Below, one piece after another: positions 1 to 9,694 of a stretch of DNA of 45,325 nt. Source of the stretch: a virus (lineage: Duplodnaviria; Caudoviricetes); IMG/VR virus record IMGVR_UViG_3300017978_000078, positions 1-45,325 of that record. One strand, written 5' to 3'. A program made the translations under genes and the position numbers. Every line of letters begins with the position of its first letter. The stretch's first letter is position 1. The notes below the pieces were generated by a model. That model worked only from the letters and a program-made list of their open reading frames with translations. It was not told the origin of the DNA and ran no database searches.

Positions 1-140
1 TGGAGAAGATCGCCACCGGCTTCATCATGGAGGCGATGCCAAAGATCGTTCAAACAGAACGGGCGATGTGCGTTGACTTTGTGCGAAGCCTCAACCGGTT
101 TGTCGGCGACAAGCTGGAAGAAAAGCGCGGGAACCTGTAA
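1..140 (+). CDS. 3' end of a hypothetical protein (partial, convergent with the late operon)
   Basis: Open frame from nt 3 (EKIATGFIMEAMPKIVQTERAMCVDFVRSLNRFVGDKLEEKRGNL*) ending at TAA 138-140, with phage-like codon usage. Confidence 0.6.
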   Translation, partial: EKIATGFIMEAMPKIVQTERAMCVDFVRSLNRFVGDKLEEKRGNL

Positions 141-163
141 AAAAAGCCCCCATCACTGAGGGC
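139..163 (-). terminator. Rho-independent terminator ending the minus-strand late operon
   Basis: Minus strand GCCCTCA-GTGA-TGGGGGC followed by T7, just downstream of the 186..1595 stop. Confidence 0.75.
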
Positions 164-185
164 AAGTCCCTTGCATGGCAACTGC

Positions 186-1595
186 TTAGGGTCTGGCGTA
201 GATGAACGCAGGCTTCTGAGCAGCCAGCAATTCTTCAGGTGTTGGCTCTGTCATTGGCGTCTGTTTTTTCAGGTTGTCGCGCAAGTACAGCGTCAAAGGC
301 GAGGCCACAGAGATGGCAGCGCCAATCGCCCGGGTGGCCGGGTGAGGAATCAACTGCATCAAACCACCAACCCCGCCAGTGCCAGCAATCGCTGCGCCAG
401 TGGTGTCGCCTGCCATCATGCGCTTCTGGGCTTCCTGACCACTTTCAGCGGCAGAAAAACCACCAAGGGCACCCATGGTCACAGGTGAGCGCAAAACGGC
501 CCCTGCGCCCTGTTTTAAGGCTCCTGCGGCCTGAGACAGTGGGCCGGGTCCAGCGGCTGGAATCGGAGCGTTCGGAATCGGCGCTGTTGGGGGCAACTGA
601 GTCAGCCCACCGGGAGACTGAACAAAGGACGCCCGGGGTCCGCCACCAGCGCTGGGCTGGGGAGTCATGATCCCGCCGTAGCGTGGGTTCTCGGTGAATC
701 CACCACCCATTTGCTGGATCTTTTGCAGGCCCTCCGAGCGCTTGGCGATCAGGTCGCTTGCACCGCCCGGCTGCTTTGACATGTCCGTAGCTCGGCCAGC
801 CTCAATGTCGGTCAGGCCAAAAGCCTTGCCGTAGTTGTATGCACCGGGGCCACCCATCTGCGTCAGAGGCCCAGCAGGGCCACCAACGGGGCCAGCAGGG
901 CCACCAACGGCCGGGCGAGGCATACCGGGGGCAGCGGGAGCGCCGGGGGCCTGAGGCATACCTGCTTGTGCAGCAGCCAAAGCACCGGGTATTTGGCGGA
1001 TGGCTTCGCCTGTTTTGCCGATGTTGGAGGCGACATCCAACCCCTTCGACAGGGCTGCACCAGCGCCAGCACCAATCAGGTCGGCCGCGATGCGCGTCTT
1101 GTTCGCCGTGAAATCAGCCTCAGAAGCTGGCGTCTCCACGGGCACAGGCTCATCCTCAGGCTCTGGCGATGCAAAGCCACCCATGCCGCTGATGTCCCTA
1201 AGGTACTCTTTGGTGGAGGCGGGAAGAGACTTGTTCTCGGGGTCTGTGAAGTACGGGTGGTTGTGCCCGGCGTTATAACCAGCAACAGCCAACACGGGGT
1301 CGCCGAACTTCTCAAGGCCCTGCTTGAGGTAGGTCAGGCCGATCTCGATGTTCTTAGATGGGTCGCGCAGATCTTCGGCAGAGAAGCCCATCATCTCAGC
1401 CGTTGCAGGCTTCACCTGCATAAGGCCGATCTCGCCGCTGGTTCCGTTTTTGGTGTTCGGATTCAAGCGACTTTCTTGGTAGGCCAATGCCACGGCCAGC
1501 TTGGGGTCGATGCCCATTTGCTTGGCTTTGCTTACGATCTCAAGCGCAATCTGCGCCTGATCTTCGTTGAGTTTGCTCAAAAGTTCTTGCATCAT
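186..1595 (-). CDS. Virion ejection protein with N-terminal lytic transglycosylase (SLT) domain
   Basis: SLT motifs AYQESRLNP, GLMQVKPATA, NIEIGLTYL, AGYNAG; Pro/Gly/Ala-rich C-terminus; last gene of the ejection cluster. Confidence 0.85.
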   Translation of the reverse strand: MMQELLSKLNEDQAQIALEIVSKAKQMGIDPKLAVALAYQESRLNPNTKNGTSGEIGLMQVKPATAEMMGFSAEDLRDPSKNIEIGLTYLKQGLEKFGDPVLAVAGYNAGHNHPYFTDPENKSLPASTKEYLRDISGMGGFASPEPEDEPVPVETPASEADFTANKTRIAADLIGAGAGAALSKGLDVASNIGKTGEAIRQIPGALAAAQAGMPQAPGAPAAPGMPRPAVGGPAGPVGGPAGPLTQMGGPGAYNYGKAFGLTDIEAGRATDMSKQPGGASDLIAKRSEGLQKIQQMGGGFTENPRYGGIMTPQPSAGGGPRASFVQSPGGLTQLPPTAPIPNAPIPAAGPGPLSQAAGALKQGAGAVLRSPVTMGALGGFSAAESGQEAQKRMMAGDTTGAAIAGTGGVGGLMQLIPHPATRAIGAAISVASPLTLYLRDNLKKQTPMTEPTPEELLAAQKPAFIYARP

Positions 1596-3121
1596 TTGAT
1601 CCCAAGTTCTTCACGAAGTTTTGCGGCGGCTGGGCCTGAACTGCCTGCGGCAGGACGCTGTGTGGAGCTTGCTGGGGGCTTGCCTCCCATGTTGGCCGCA
1701 ATCCTTGAGATCTGGCTCAAGTAGTCCTGAGACATGCGTTGGCCGTCTGGGGTGTCCATAAATTCATCAGCGTCCATCTTGGACCTACGCAGAGCCGCAG
1801 CACGCTGACGGTCAAAGTTCGCCCGGGCCTCAAGCATGGAGAGCTTCGCCAAGATCGTGCCGGGGTTGTCCTTGGGGGAGATCGTTGCGTTGGCAAACAA
1901 GTCACGCTCGAAGTTGGAGATCGCACCCTGACCAGCGGCCAACTTGGCTTGCTGGAGCTGGATGTTCGCCATGACCGACAGGCCGAAGCGGTATCGGTCA
2001 ATTTGATCTTGTGGGATGCCGACGTTTCTCAGAGTGTCTTCCAGAGCGCCAGCACGAATGGTTGTTGTGCCGGGGCTTTGCACGCCCTCTTGAATGAGGT
2101 TAAGGATCGCACTACCCACATCTGGCCGGTTCAAGATACCGAAAATCTGAGTTGCGTCTGGGCGAGAAACAATGGTGCGCAAAGCAGAATATGAGGCCAA
2201 GCGGCCAGTCACATCCTTGCCTGCGTCGATCAGCTCCTGTGTGCGACTAACTTCAGCCTTGGCTGTTTCAGTGGCCTTTGTTTTTGCGGCCTCTGCCTCT
2301 GCGGTAGCTTCTGCCGCAGTAGGGCGAATCGCAGGCTTGGCGGGTGTGCTCGATGGTGCGCCTGAGGGAGTGACGCCACGGAACTTGTCAATCCACTCTT
2401 TTCCTCTGCCCTCATCCTCAGCCCTCTTGTACTGGCTGTACTCGAAGGGAGTCATCTCAAAGCGGCCATACTTGGTCGTGAATGGCTCTTGCTTTTGGCC
2501 CGGAATCTCAAGGTTGAGGTACTGCTGGGTGTCTTTGTCGAACACGATGCCGTTCATTGAAATGGTGAAGCGCTCACGGTTGGACTTGATCAGGTCATTC
2601 AGGATCTTGGCTTTACCCTCCATGCCGGGCACAGCCGCAAGCCTTGCAATGTCCTCAGGCGTGACAAGGCGACCTTGCGAGGCCGCTGGAGCGCCGGGCT
2701 TGGCTGGAGTGCCGGGTTCAGCAGGCGTTCCGGGCGCTGCGCCGGGAGCACCGGGAGCGCCGGGAACTCGTGGCAACATCTCGCGGAACAGGGCCTCGCC
2801 ACGAGTTGCCTGACGCTGGGCCAACTCACGCTGGGCCAGCTCCATCTTCATGGAAGCAAGCTCTTGGGCACGCTTTTCTTCTGCCTGCTGGGCTGGTCCA
2901 ACCTGAGCGGCTACGTTGCCCAAGACTTCGCCAAAAGAGCCGGTCTTGGTTGGCGACAAAAAGCCCTGAGACATTGCCAAAAGAACAGGGTCAAACAGTT
3001 GACTCTGTCGTGTATCAAGAGCTTCACGCAGCTTTGCGTAAGAACCCTTGATCTCGTCGACAAGTCCTTGCTCTTCCGGTCCTTCGGCGTACAGAGAGCC
3101 GAGTGGTGCTTTTGTTGCCAT
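1592..3121 (-). CDS. Putative internal virion (ejection) protein
   Basis: 509-aa helical protein with GAISNFERDLF motif, coupled by ATGA overlap to the SLT gene, in the ejection-protein position. Confidence 0.6.
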   Translation of the reverse strand: MATKAPLGSLYAEGPEEQGLVDEIKGSYAKLREALDTRQSQLFDPVLLAMSQGFLSPTKTGSFGEVLGNVAAQVGPAQQAEEKRAQELASMKMELAQRELAQRQATRGEALFREMLPRVPGAPGAPGAAPGTPAEPGTPAKPGAPAASQGRLVTPEDIARLAAVPGMEGKAKILNDLIKSNRERFTISMNGIVFDKDTQQYLNLEIPGQKQEPFTTKYGRFEMTPFEYSQYKRAEDEGRGKEWIDKFRGVTPSGAPSSTPAKPAIRPTAAEATAEAEAAKTKATETAKAEVSRTQELIDAGKDVTGRLASYSALRTIVSRPDATQIFGILNRPDVGSAILNLIQEGVQSPGTTTIRAGALEDTLRNVGIPQDQIDRYRFGLSVMANIQLQQAKLAAGQGAISNFERDLFANATISPKDNPGTILAKLSMLEARANFDRQRAAALRRSKMDADEFMDTPDGQRMSQDYLSQISRIAANMGGKPPASSTQRPAAGSSGPAAAKLREELGIK

Positions 3122-3129
3122 GGTTGTCC

Positions 3130-4128
3130 TTAGCCGGGGAAGTTCATCAAGGCGTTACTTTGCGCAATCTCGTCAGAAGTTCTTTGATCGCCAAGCGAGG
3201 GGTAAAACTCTTTGATGCCGCCGTACAGGTCTTTGAATGTGTTGACCAGCTTATTGCCAGCACCGGTTCCTTTGTCGTTGAACGAAGCGCCAACCAGTGT
3301 TCCAAGACCAGCGATCTGCTGCAAGGCAGAAGGAGCGTAAGAGCCGGGCAGAACGTCCTTGACTTCGGTCGTTGTAGTCGGGTAGGTGTAGCCGCGCATG
3401 ATCTGTGCGACGTTCTGTGCCCGTGTGAGTGGAGACTCGATCTTCGACTGCTCGTAGCCCAGCTCCTGAGTGCCGATGTCGCCCAGAGCCTTGAGGCCAG
3501 AAGTGGCCGCTTGAGCCTCTTGTGAGCCAAGAGAACCCAAAGCCTGACCAGCTTGGATGTCGTAGCCACGCTCACGCAGGGCGGCGTCTAAGGCCGACTT
3601 GTATCCCTCGGAGCGGAGCTTGGCTTGGTTGCCGAACAGGTCAGCCTGCACGTTACCCATCGCTTGGCCGGTTGCCCCAGCGTACCGCTGACTGCCAAAA
3701 GCACCCTGACCAGCAAAAGCTGCACGCAGGGCTGGCAACATGCTCTGTTGCACGTTCAGGGCGCTCTGACGGCCCATCTCGTTGACCACGTCCTGCTCGT
3801 AGGGGTTGTAAAAGCGAGAGATGTCCTCACCCGACACACCCTGAGAAGCACCGCGCAAAGCCGTCAAGGACTCGTCCATGGGGGTCTGGTAGCGGTTAAT
3901 CGTGCCCTGAGCGCCCGAATACAGGTCTTGCAGGTTCTGAGGGAGACCGGCAATGAGCTGATCACCCGTGAATGGGGTGAAGGCCCCTTCGGCAGATGTT
4001 TTGCCCAAAGCACCCTGACCGGCTTGAGCCAACTGGGTCAGGTAGTTTGTCAGGTACTGAGGAGCGGTCTGGGTGGTACTGCCCTTCAGCTCAACTGGCG
4101 TTGGTGCTGGTGCGTCGAATAAGCTCAT
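3130..4128 (-). CDS. Putative DNA ejection/pilot protein
   Basis: Gln/Ala/Gly-rich with motifs FYNPYEQDVV and GAFGSQR, typical of podovirus ejection proteins. Confidence 0.6.
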   Translation of the reverse strand: MSLFDAPAPTPVELKGSTTQTAPQYLTNYLTQLAQAGQGALGKTSAEGAFTPFTGDQLIAGLPQNLQDLYSGAQGTINRYQTPMDESLTALRGASQGVSGEDISRFYNPYEQDVVNEMGRQSALNVQQSMLPALRAAFAGQGAFGSQRYAGATGQAMGNVQADLFGNQAKLRSEGYKSALDAALRERGYDIQAGQALGSLGSQEAQAATSGLKALGDIGTQELGYEQSKIESPLTRAQNVAQIMRGYTYPTTTTEVKDVLPGSYAPSALQQIAGLGTLVGASFNDKGTGAGNKLVNTFKDLYGGIKEFYPSLGDQRTSDEIAQSNALMNFPG

Positions 4129-4814
4129 TTGGTGCTCCTTTTGCTAGATTTTAAGTAATCCAGCGGGGATTGGGAAGCAACGCAGGCTTCAAGCAGCCGG
4201 TTGCCTTTGGATACGTTTTCAAACCAAGGTATGACCCGAAGGTTCCACGGAACATGCAGGCCAGAAACTTCTGCACCCTGCAATGGCACAACATGGTCAA
4301 CGTGCCACTCAAAACCAAACGCATCTGAACGGGTTTTTGCAAGCTCATAAGCCTGCTCCATCATCCAAAAATCGTCTTTAGTCAGCCATTTAGGCGTTCT
4401 GAGCATTTTTGCAGCGCGACGCTTGGCAAGCAAAGCAGCCATTTTCTCAGGATTGGCTTGTTTGTAGGCTTTTTTCAACGGCTTTTGAGCTTCAACCTTG
4501 TCAGGGTTTGCGGCACGCCATTCGGCAGATCTAACTCGGGCGACGGCGCGTTCTTTGTCTGGATTTTCAGCATACTTTTTCCTGCGGCGGCGTTTGATTT
4601 CTTCGGCGTTGATCTTGTAGGAAGCCTGTTTGCGTTCAATAATTTTCTTTGGGTCTAACGCATATCTGCGGCGACCACCTTCACGTCTGCATTCGACGCA
4701 AGTCCCGGTATCGGTCATGCGCTCCACAATGTGACCATTTTTGCAAGGCAAGCCAGTCATATAGGTCAATCGACCAGCTTGCTTTGCTTCAAATCTTGGG
4801 CCTCGTGCGCTCAT
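4125..4814 (-). CDS. Free-standing HNH homing endonuclease
   Basis: WHVDHVVPLQG..VSGLHVPWNLRVIPWFENVSKGN HNH core; N-terminal YMTGLPCKNGH..CVEC Zn module; more AT-rich than neighbours; ATGA overlaps on both sides. Confidence 0.9.
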   Translation of the reverse strand: MSARGPRFEAKQAGRLTYMTGLPCKNGHIVERMTDTGTCVECRREGGRRRYALDPKKIIERKQASYKINAEEIKRRRRKKYAENPDKERAVARVRSAEWRAANPDKVEAQKPLKKAYKQANPEKMAALLAKRRAAKMLRTPKWLTKDDFWMMEQAYELAKTRSDAFGFEWHVDHVVPLQGAEVSGLHVPWNLRVIPWFENVSKGNRLLEACVASQSPLDYLKSSKRSTK

Positions 4815-7800
4815 TTTTTCTTCATGGCTTTTTTTGCCATATTTAAATAAGTAAGAGGAGACTTTGATTTTGGAGGGATGCCGTCCAAAGGGGCCTTGCG
4901 CTTGTGCGCTCTTATTTGTTTGCGGAACTCGTCAAGCAGCGCCGTGCCTGCTTTTGTAGATCCATTGCCAAGAGCGGAAACCAGCTCGGAATCGAGTACA
5001 TATTCTCCGTCCGCAAGCCATGCGGGAATATCATCAGATTGACCATCACCGGGGCCTGATACGCTTTTCCCCTCTTTGAAGTTCTCCCGGCCATCATAGT
5101 GACTCAAAGCCCCACCAGACTTAGCCAGAAGAGGGAGCGCCATAGACCCGCCAGAGGCCTTCAGAGGCTCTACGTAGCCACCAGCGGCGTAGTTTGCAGC
5201 CTTACCCCCAAGGATGTCGTCAATGCTGTCCTCGGAGCCGTAGGAATAGTACTTGCCCTCGTTGGCCGGGGCCTCGGTGTCACCGCGCAACATCTTTGCC
5301 AGAGCGCCAATGTCGTTGTCAAACTGCTTGGTCTGCTGCTGGGGGTCCATGCGCTGCTGCATAACGCTCAGGAGGCGTGGGTCGATTTGGTTCATCATGA
5401 CTTCTCTTTCAAGTTCGGCTTGGGCCTCTTTTACCCGGGCAAGTGGATCGATGGCTTTTTGTGTCTCACGAGAGCGCAGGGCCTCGCCACCAATGTCGAT
5501 GGTGGATGGTAGGCCAGCACCGCCACCCCCTGTAACGCCACCCTTTCTCGGTAGGCTGAGCTTCAAGGCCTTGCTTGCCTCATCTTCCGCCACGACTGTT
5601 GGAGGAATGACTTCTGGAATAACAGGGGGCTTGATCTCTGGCTGCTTCCAATCGGACGGAATCTCAGTCTCTTTGACTTCCTCAACTTCACCCGTATTGG
5701 TATTGATCTTTACCGTGGTCTGGGTGTTGGTGTTGGTGTCAGTCAGAACAGTGGTCTGAGTGTTCCCAGTGATCGTGGTCTGGGTCGTTGTGTTGGTGTT
5801 CGAGTCAACCGTCGTGGACGTGGTCGTGTTTGTGTTGGTGTCGACCGTGGTCTGAGTGTTGGTGTTTGTGTTGGTGTCGGCCGTAACCGTTGTCTGGGTG
5901 TTGCCGTCAACCTTGGTTTGGGTGGTTGTGTTGGCGTCGGTAACGGTGGTCGTGTTGCCATCTACCACGGTGGTGGTGTTGGTGTTGGCATCGACCGTGG
6001 TTTTGACGCCGGTAGAGGTGTCCACCGTTGTTTTGGTGTTGGTCGTGGCATTGTTGATCGTAACCACGTTTGCATTCGACACGATGGACACATCGTTCCC
6101 AGTGCTGAATGCTGCGTTTGTTGCAGCCTGAATCACGGTGTTGACGTCAGCGCCAGCATTGACGGCAGACGTGATGGCCGAGCCAATCGTTGCGTCAACC
6201 GAAGCGCCAGAGTTGATGGCCGAAGTGATTGTGTTGTCAATCGCAACAGCGGCATCAGCACCACCGGTGATGGCCGACGTGATGGCCGAATCAATCACGA
6301 CGTCAGGACTTGCGCCAGAGTCAAGCGAGGTGGAAACGCTGTCCGAAATGACCGAACCCACGTTCTGAACGTCGCCAGAGCTGATGGCTTTGTTGATGTT
6401 GTTGGAGATGGTTGCTGCGGCCGTATTCGAGACAGTAGATGCGGCTTCCGTAGCCGTAGCGGCGTCGACAGGTGACGTGGTGGCCGCAGTGCCTTTGCCA
6501 ACCGCAGCGCCCAAAACGCCTTGCGTCAGGGCCTTGTTGACGTCGATTGCGTTGCCAAGCGCCACATCAACCGCAGCGGATGCACCAGCCTCCTGAGATC
6601 CTTCGACCACGCCTTCGCCAGCAACCTTGGTAGTGCCTTTTGAAATTATGTTGTCGAGCTTCCCGGCGGCCACATCAGCAATCTTGCCAAGCGTCAACTG
6701 AATAGCGGCCTCTGTGGCGGCAGCAGCGCCACCCGCTTTTCTACCGGCAGACAAAGCCTCTTCGTGTGTTTCGCCTTTTTTGATTGCGTTGTCGTAAGCC
6801 TCGACAACCGCAGCGCCGCCAGTGTCGGCGGTGTCAATCAAACCGCTGGCAAGCATGGTTGCTTTGAGAGATCCGCCGCCCAAGAACAAGGCTGGAAGCT
6901 CTTGCCGAAGCTCAAGGCCAATTTGACGGCCAAGTCCGCTTGTGCCATCCATTACTCGGCCAGCCAGCACGGCAAGTTTCTCTGTCCCTTTGGCTTTACT
7001 GATCAGGTCAACAGTGTCATTCCAATTCTTGGTGTCTTCTGGCGCAGTTCCAATCGACTGGCCCAAGTTTTGCAACTTCTCTCCGCCACTGATGATGGCA
7101 TCGGCCAAAGGCTTGTTGTCCAGCGCCAAAGCAACGCCGCCCAAGTTCTTTTGCAGCTCACCTGCGGCCTCAAATGCAGAGCTGACGCTGGCTGTAATCG
7201 GGCTGTCTGGATTGTCCAGCAGATACTTGTTTGCAGCCTCGCCTTGCAGCTTGAACTTGTCATTGAGGTCTTTATAGAGGCTCTCGAAGAAGCCTGTTTT
7301 CTCCATCGACTTCAGACGGGCGGTCTCTGCTGCACTTTGGTCAGGAGCGTTGCCAATTACCAAAGAGGTGTTCAGTCTATTTAGGCGTGCTGTCTCGGCA
7401 GCGCTCTCGTCTGTTGCGGCCTGAACTTTAGGAGCACTCAGGTCAGAGCGCTCTTGGGCGGTGGCCGTTGAGTATTCTTTGCCCTGCCAAGTGAATGTCT
7501 GGTTCGGGCCGAGCAAAGAACGAGCCTGAGCGTAGGCATCAGCAAACTTTGGCTGGTTGCTGATTTGATCCAGCCTTTCCACCCTTGTCGCATCATCAAT
7601 TGCGCTCTTTGCGATAGCGCCCTCAAGATCGCCAAAGTTTGTATCCACGCCACCTTGGCCGTATGTGGTTGTCACCACATTGCTTGGGCCAGCGTCCGGG
7701 ATCTTGTTGATCACCACACCGCTGCCTGCCCCAGTGTCGGTCACCGCATTTGCAGCAGCCATTGCCTCTTCGTCTGTTGCGCCTGCATTCACTGCGGCGA

Positions 7801-9694
7801 TGTATGTTGAAGAGCCAAGATCCCCTCCACCCTGCGACGAAAGGTCATCCACAATCCTGTTGGTGATACCGCCGATGACATCAGCATTCACGTTCTTGCT
7901 GGCGGTGGACGTGGCGTTTGTGATGTTTTGGGATGCGTTAATGATCGCGCCGAAATTCGGATTGTCTTTGCCCAACTCGGTGATGATGGTTGCGGCAGCG
8001 GCGGCGACCTGAATATCCGAGCTTCCGGTAAGTGGTGCGGCGGCATTCAGAGCGCCGACCAAATTCTTGTTCTCGATGTTTGTCACCACGTTCGCGGCGT
8101 TGCCAAGGTCCGCAAGCGAAATCGTGTCGGTGAGCATCGTAGAGCCAGCCATGTTGGCAACTGAGGGATTGCTCAACAAAGAACCAACAAGAGTGCCGAC
8201 ATCCCCATTTTTAGCAGCATTCGCTACGTTCAGACCAGTGGCAAGGTTTGTGTAGCCCCCAGCGCCAGCAAGGGACGCGAGAGCGCCAAGGACATTACCT
8301 TGTTTTGCCGCGATTGCTGCGTTTGCGGCCAGCACAAAGGGCTGCGCTCCGGGGATGAATGAAGCCATTTGCAGCAGCGGTGCGACGAGGCCCATATCAC
8401 TGGTCGAAAACCCGGTGGTGGTGAAGCGCGGCTTGCCTTGCTCGTCGTAGGTGATCTGGTAGCTCGTGCCGCCCTTGCCGGTGTAAGTGGTGCCAGCACC
8501 CAACACATTACCCTCGGACAAGCCTTTACCGTCGTACACCACACCACGGCCAGTCACCACATCGTCCAGAAGACGTCTAGTGTATGAACCAGCGTCGTCG
8601 CCAGTGCCGGTCACTTCCTCGGTTCTGATTCTTGCAGCTTCTTCAGGGGTCAGCGCCCGAGTGGTGAAAGTCGTGTTGCCCTCGTAGTCCGTGCCGGACG
8701 GCACATAAGCCACGAAGTTGCCAGTAGGCATTCCGTTGTCGTCCACTTCCTGTTGCACATTCACGCTGGTCTTAATGTCGCCCATGCCCAACTTGCTCAA
8801 GTCGGTGATACCTTGATCAATCAGCGAACGGGCTGAGTCAAGCAGCACTTGCTCTGCGACGTTGACATCCCGGCCCAAAGCACGAGCAGCTTGGTCGTAG
8901 TCAAAACCCACGCTGCCTTTTTGCACTCCAAACACACCGCCAGAGAACTGTGAGGTGTCGGCAATACCGGCAAGCTGATTTGCTAAGTTCAGAACGGTAT
9001 TGGTGTCGTACTCTTTGCCGCGATAGTCCGTGATGACTGTTGACTTTAGGCCGGTGTCTGTGGCCCCTGCTTTGGATAAGCCCTGACCAGCTAAGCTCGT
9101 CAAAGCACTCCAGTCAGATGCAGACTGAGTTCCAAAAGTGGCGTCTGCTGCTGCTTTGATCTGAGAATCGGTGAAGCCTTGGCTGATCAGGTTGTTGTAC
9201 TCAGCAGCTTTTTGATCCATCGTCTGACCTGCAAGATCAGACGTAAATGTGATGGCTGGCGTTTGAGTTGTGACTTGCGCAAGAGCGCCTGATGTTGGTG
9301 CTGCACGCTGCTCCGCTGCGCCATAGTTTTGATAGTGCGTTGCTGCAAACTGTTCTGGCGTCATGCCGTAAGAGTTTTGTTGGTAAGCAGCAGCGACGTC
9401 TGGGTTCGCAGCAAAATAAGAATTCTGCGCAACGCTTGCACCGGTTACCCCAATACCCTGCGACCCCACACCGGAGGTGTTGGCGACTTGAGAAAGAGCG
9501 CCAGTTGCAGGCTGCGTGAACTGGCTGTAGGCTTGCGTGATGGTGGGGGCAGAAATACCCAGACCCGTCAAATAATCGACAGCTCGGGTCTGGGCATCTT
9601 GGGTGTCCCCGCCGACCAGTCCTGTGAACTCTTTGTACGCAGCCGCAATCTCAGCAGGTGTGCTGGTGGCCGTCAGTTTCTCGTAAAGTGCCAT
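4811..9694 (-). CDS. Large internal virion/ejection protein (1627 aa) with Thr/Asn repeats and a C-terminal GPG-SD-GE domain
   Basis: Long ORF after the nozzle gene; Ala/Thr-rich; C-terminal SGPGDGQSDDIPAWLADGEYV preceded by YAAGG/KASGG/AKSGG. Confidence 0.65.
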   Translation of the reverse strand: MALYEKLTATSTPAEIAAAYKEFTGLVGGDTQDAQTRAVDYLTGLGISAPTITQAYSQFTQPATGALSQVANTSGVGSQGIGVTGASVAQNSYFAANPDVAAAYQQNSYGMTPEQFAATHYQNYGAAEQRAAPTSGALAQVTTQTPAITFTSDLAGQTMDQKAAEYNNLISQGFTDSQIKAAADATFGTQSASDWSALTSLAGQGLSKAGATDTGLKSTVITDYRGKEYDTNTVLNLANQLAGIADTSQFSGGVFGVQKGSVGFDYDQAARALGRDVNVAEQVLLDSARSLIDQGITDLSKLGMGDIKTSVNVQQEVDDNGMPTGNFVAYVPSGTDYEGNTTFTTRALTPEEAARIRTEEVTGTGDDAGSYTRRLLDDVVTGRGVVYDGKGLSEGNVLGAGTTYTGKGGTSYQITYDEQGKPRFTTTGFSTSDMGLVAPLLQMASFIPGAQPFVLAANAAIAAKQGNVLGALASLAGAGGYTNLATGLNVANAAKNGDVGTLVGSLLSNPSVANMAGSTMLTDTISLADLGNAANVVTNIENKNLVGALNAAAPLTGSSDIQVAAAAATIITELGKDNPNFGAIINASQNITNATSTASKNVNADVIGGITNRIVDDLSSQGGGDLGSSTYIAAVNAGATDEEAMAAANAVTDTGAGSGVVINKIPDAGPSNVVTTTYGQGGVDTNFGDLEGAIAKSAIDDATRVERLDQISNQPKFADAYAQARSLLGPNQTFTWQGKEYSTATAQERSDLSAPKVQAATDESAAETARLNRLNTSLVIGNAPDQSAAETARLKSMEKTGFFESLYKDLNDKFKLQGEAANKYLLDNPDSPITASVSSAFEAAGELQKNLGGVALALDNKPLADAIISGGEKLQNLGQSIGTAPEDTKNWNDTVDLISKAKGTEKLAVLAGRVMDGTSGLGRQIGLELRQELPALFLGGGSLKATMLASGLIDTADTGGAAVVEAYDNAIKKGETHEEALSAGRKAGGAAAATEAAIQLTLGKIADVAAGKLDNIISKGTTKVAGEGVVEGSQEAGASAAVDVALGNAIDVNKALTQGVLGAAVGKGTAATTSPVDAATATEAASTVSNTAAATISNNINKAISSGDVQNVGSVISDSVSTSLDSGASPDVVIDSAITSAITGGADAAVAIDNTITSAINSGASVDATIGSAITSAVNAGADVNTVIQAATNAAFSTGNDVSIVSNANVVTINNATTNTKTTVDTSTGVKTTVDANTNTTTVVDGNTTTVTDANTTTQTKVDGNTQTTVTADTNTNTNTQTTVDTNTNTTTSTTVDSNTNTTTQTTITGNTQTTVLTDTNTNTQTTVKINTNTGEVEEVKETEIPSDWKQPEIKPPVIPEVIPPTVVAEDEASKALKLSLPRKGGVTGGGGAGLPSTIDIGGEALRSRETQKAIDPLARVKEAQAELEREVMMNQIDPRLLSVMQQRMDPQQQTKQFDNDIGALAKMLRGDTEAPANEGKYYSYGSEDSIDDILGGKAANYAAGGYVEPLKASGGSMALPLLAKSGGALSHYDGRENFKEGKSVSGPGDGQSDDIPAWLADGEYVLDSELVSALGNGSTKAGTALLDEFRKQIRAHKRKAPLDGIPPKSKSPLTYLNMAKKAMKKK
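5690..6070 (-). repeat. Coding tandem repeats of ~9-11 aa (TQTTVDTNTNT-like)
   Basis: TKTTVDTSTGV, KTTVDANTNT, TQTTVDTNTNT, TSTTVDSNTNT, TQTTVLTDTNTN; GT-rich on the plus strand. Confidence 0.85.
6100..6350 (-). repeat. Coding repeats with ~18-aa period (IxSAITSAxxxGA)
   Basis: ISDSVSTSLDSGASPDVV / IDSAITSAITGGADAAVA / IDNTITSAINSGASVDAT / IGSAITSAVNAGADVNTV. Confidence 0.75.

Noticed and set aside
868-911. 21-bp tandem duplication
   Set aside because: Encodes PVGGPAG repeats in a low-complexity linker; no sign of independent function
4125-4814. Group I intron or intein around the HNH gene (same for the GIY-YIG gene)
   Set aside because: Both ORFs abut or overlap intact neighbouring genes, with no room for a ribozyme core and no intein terminal motifs
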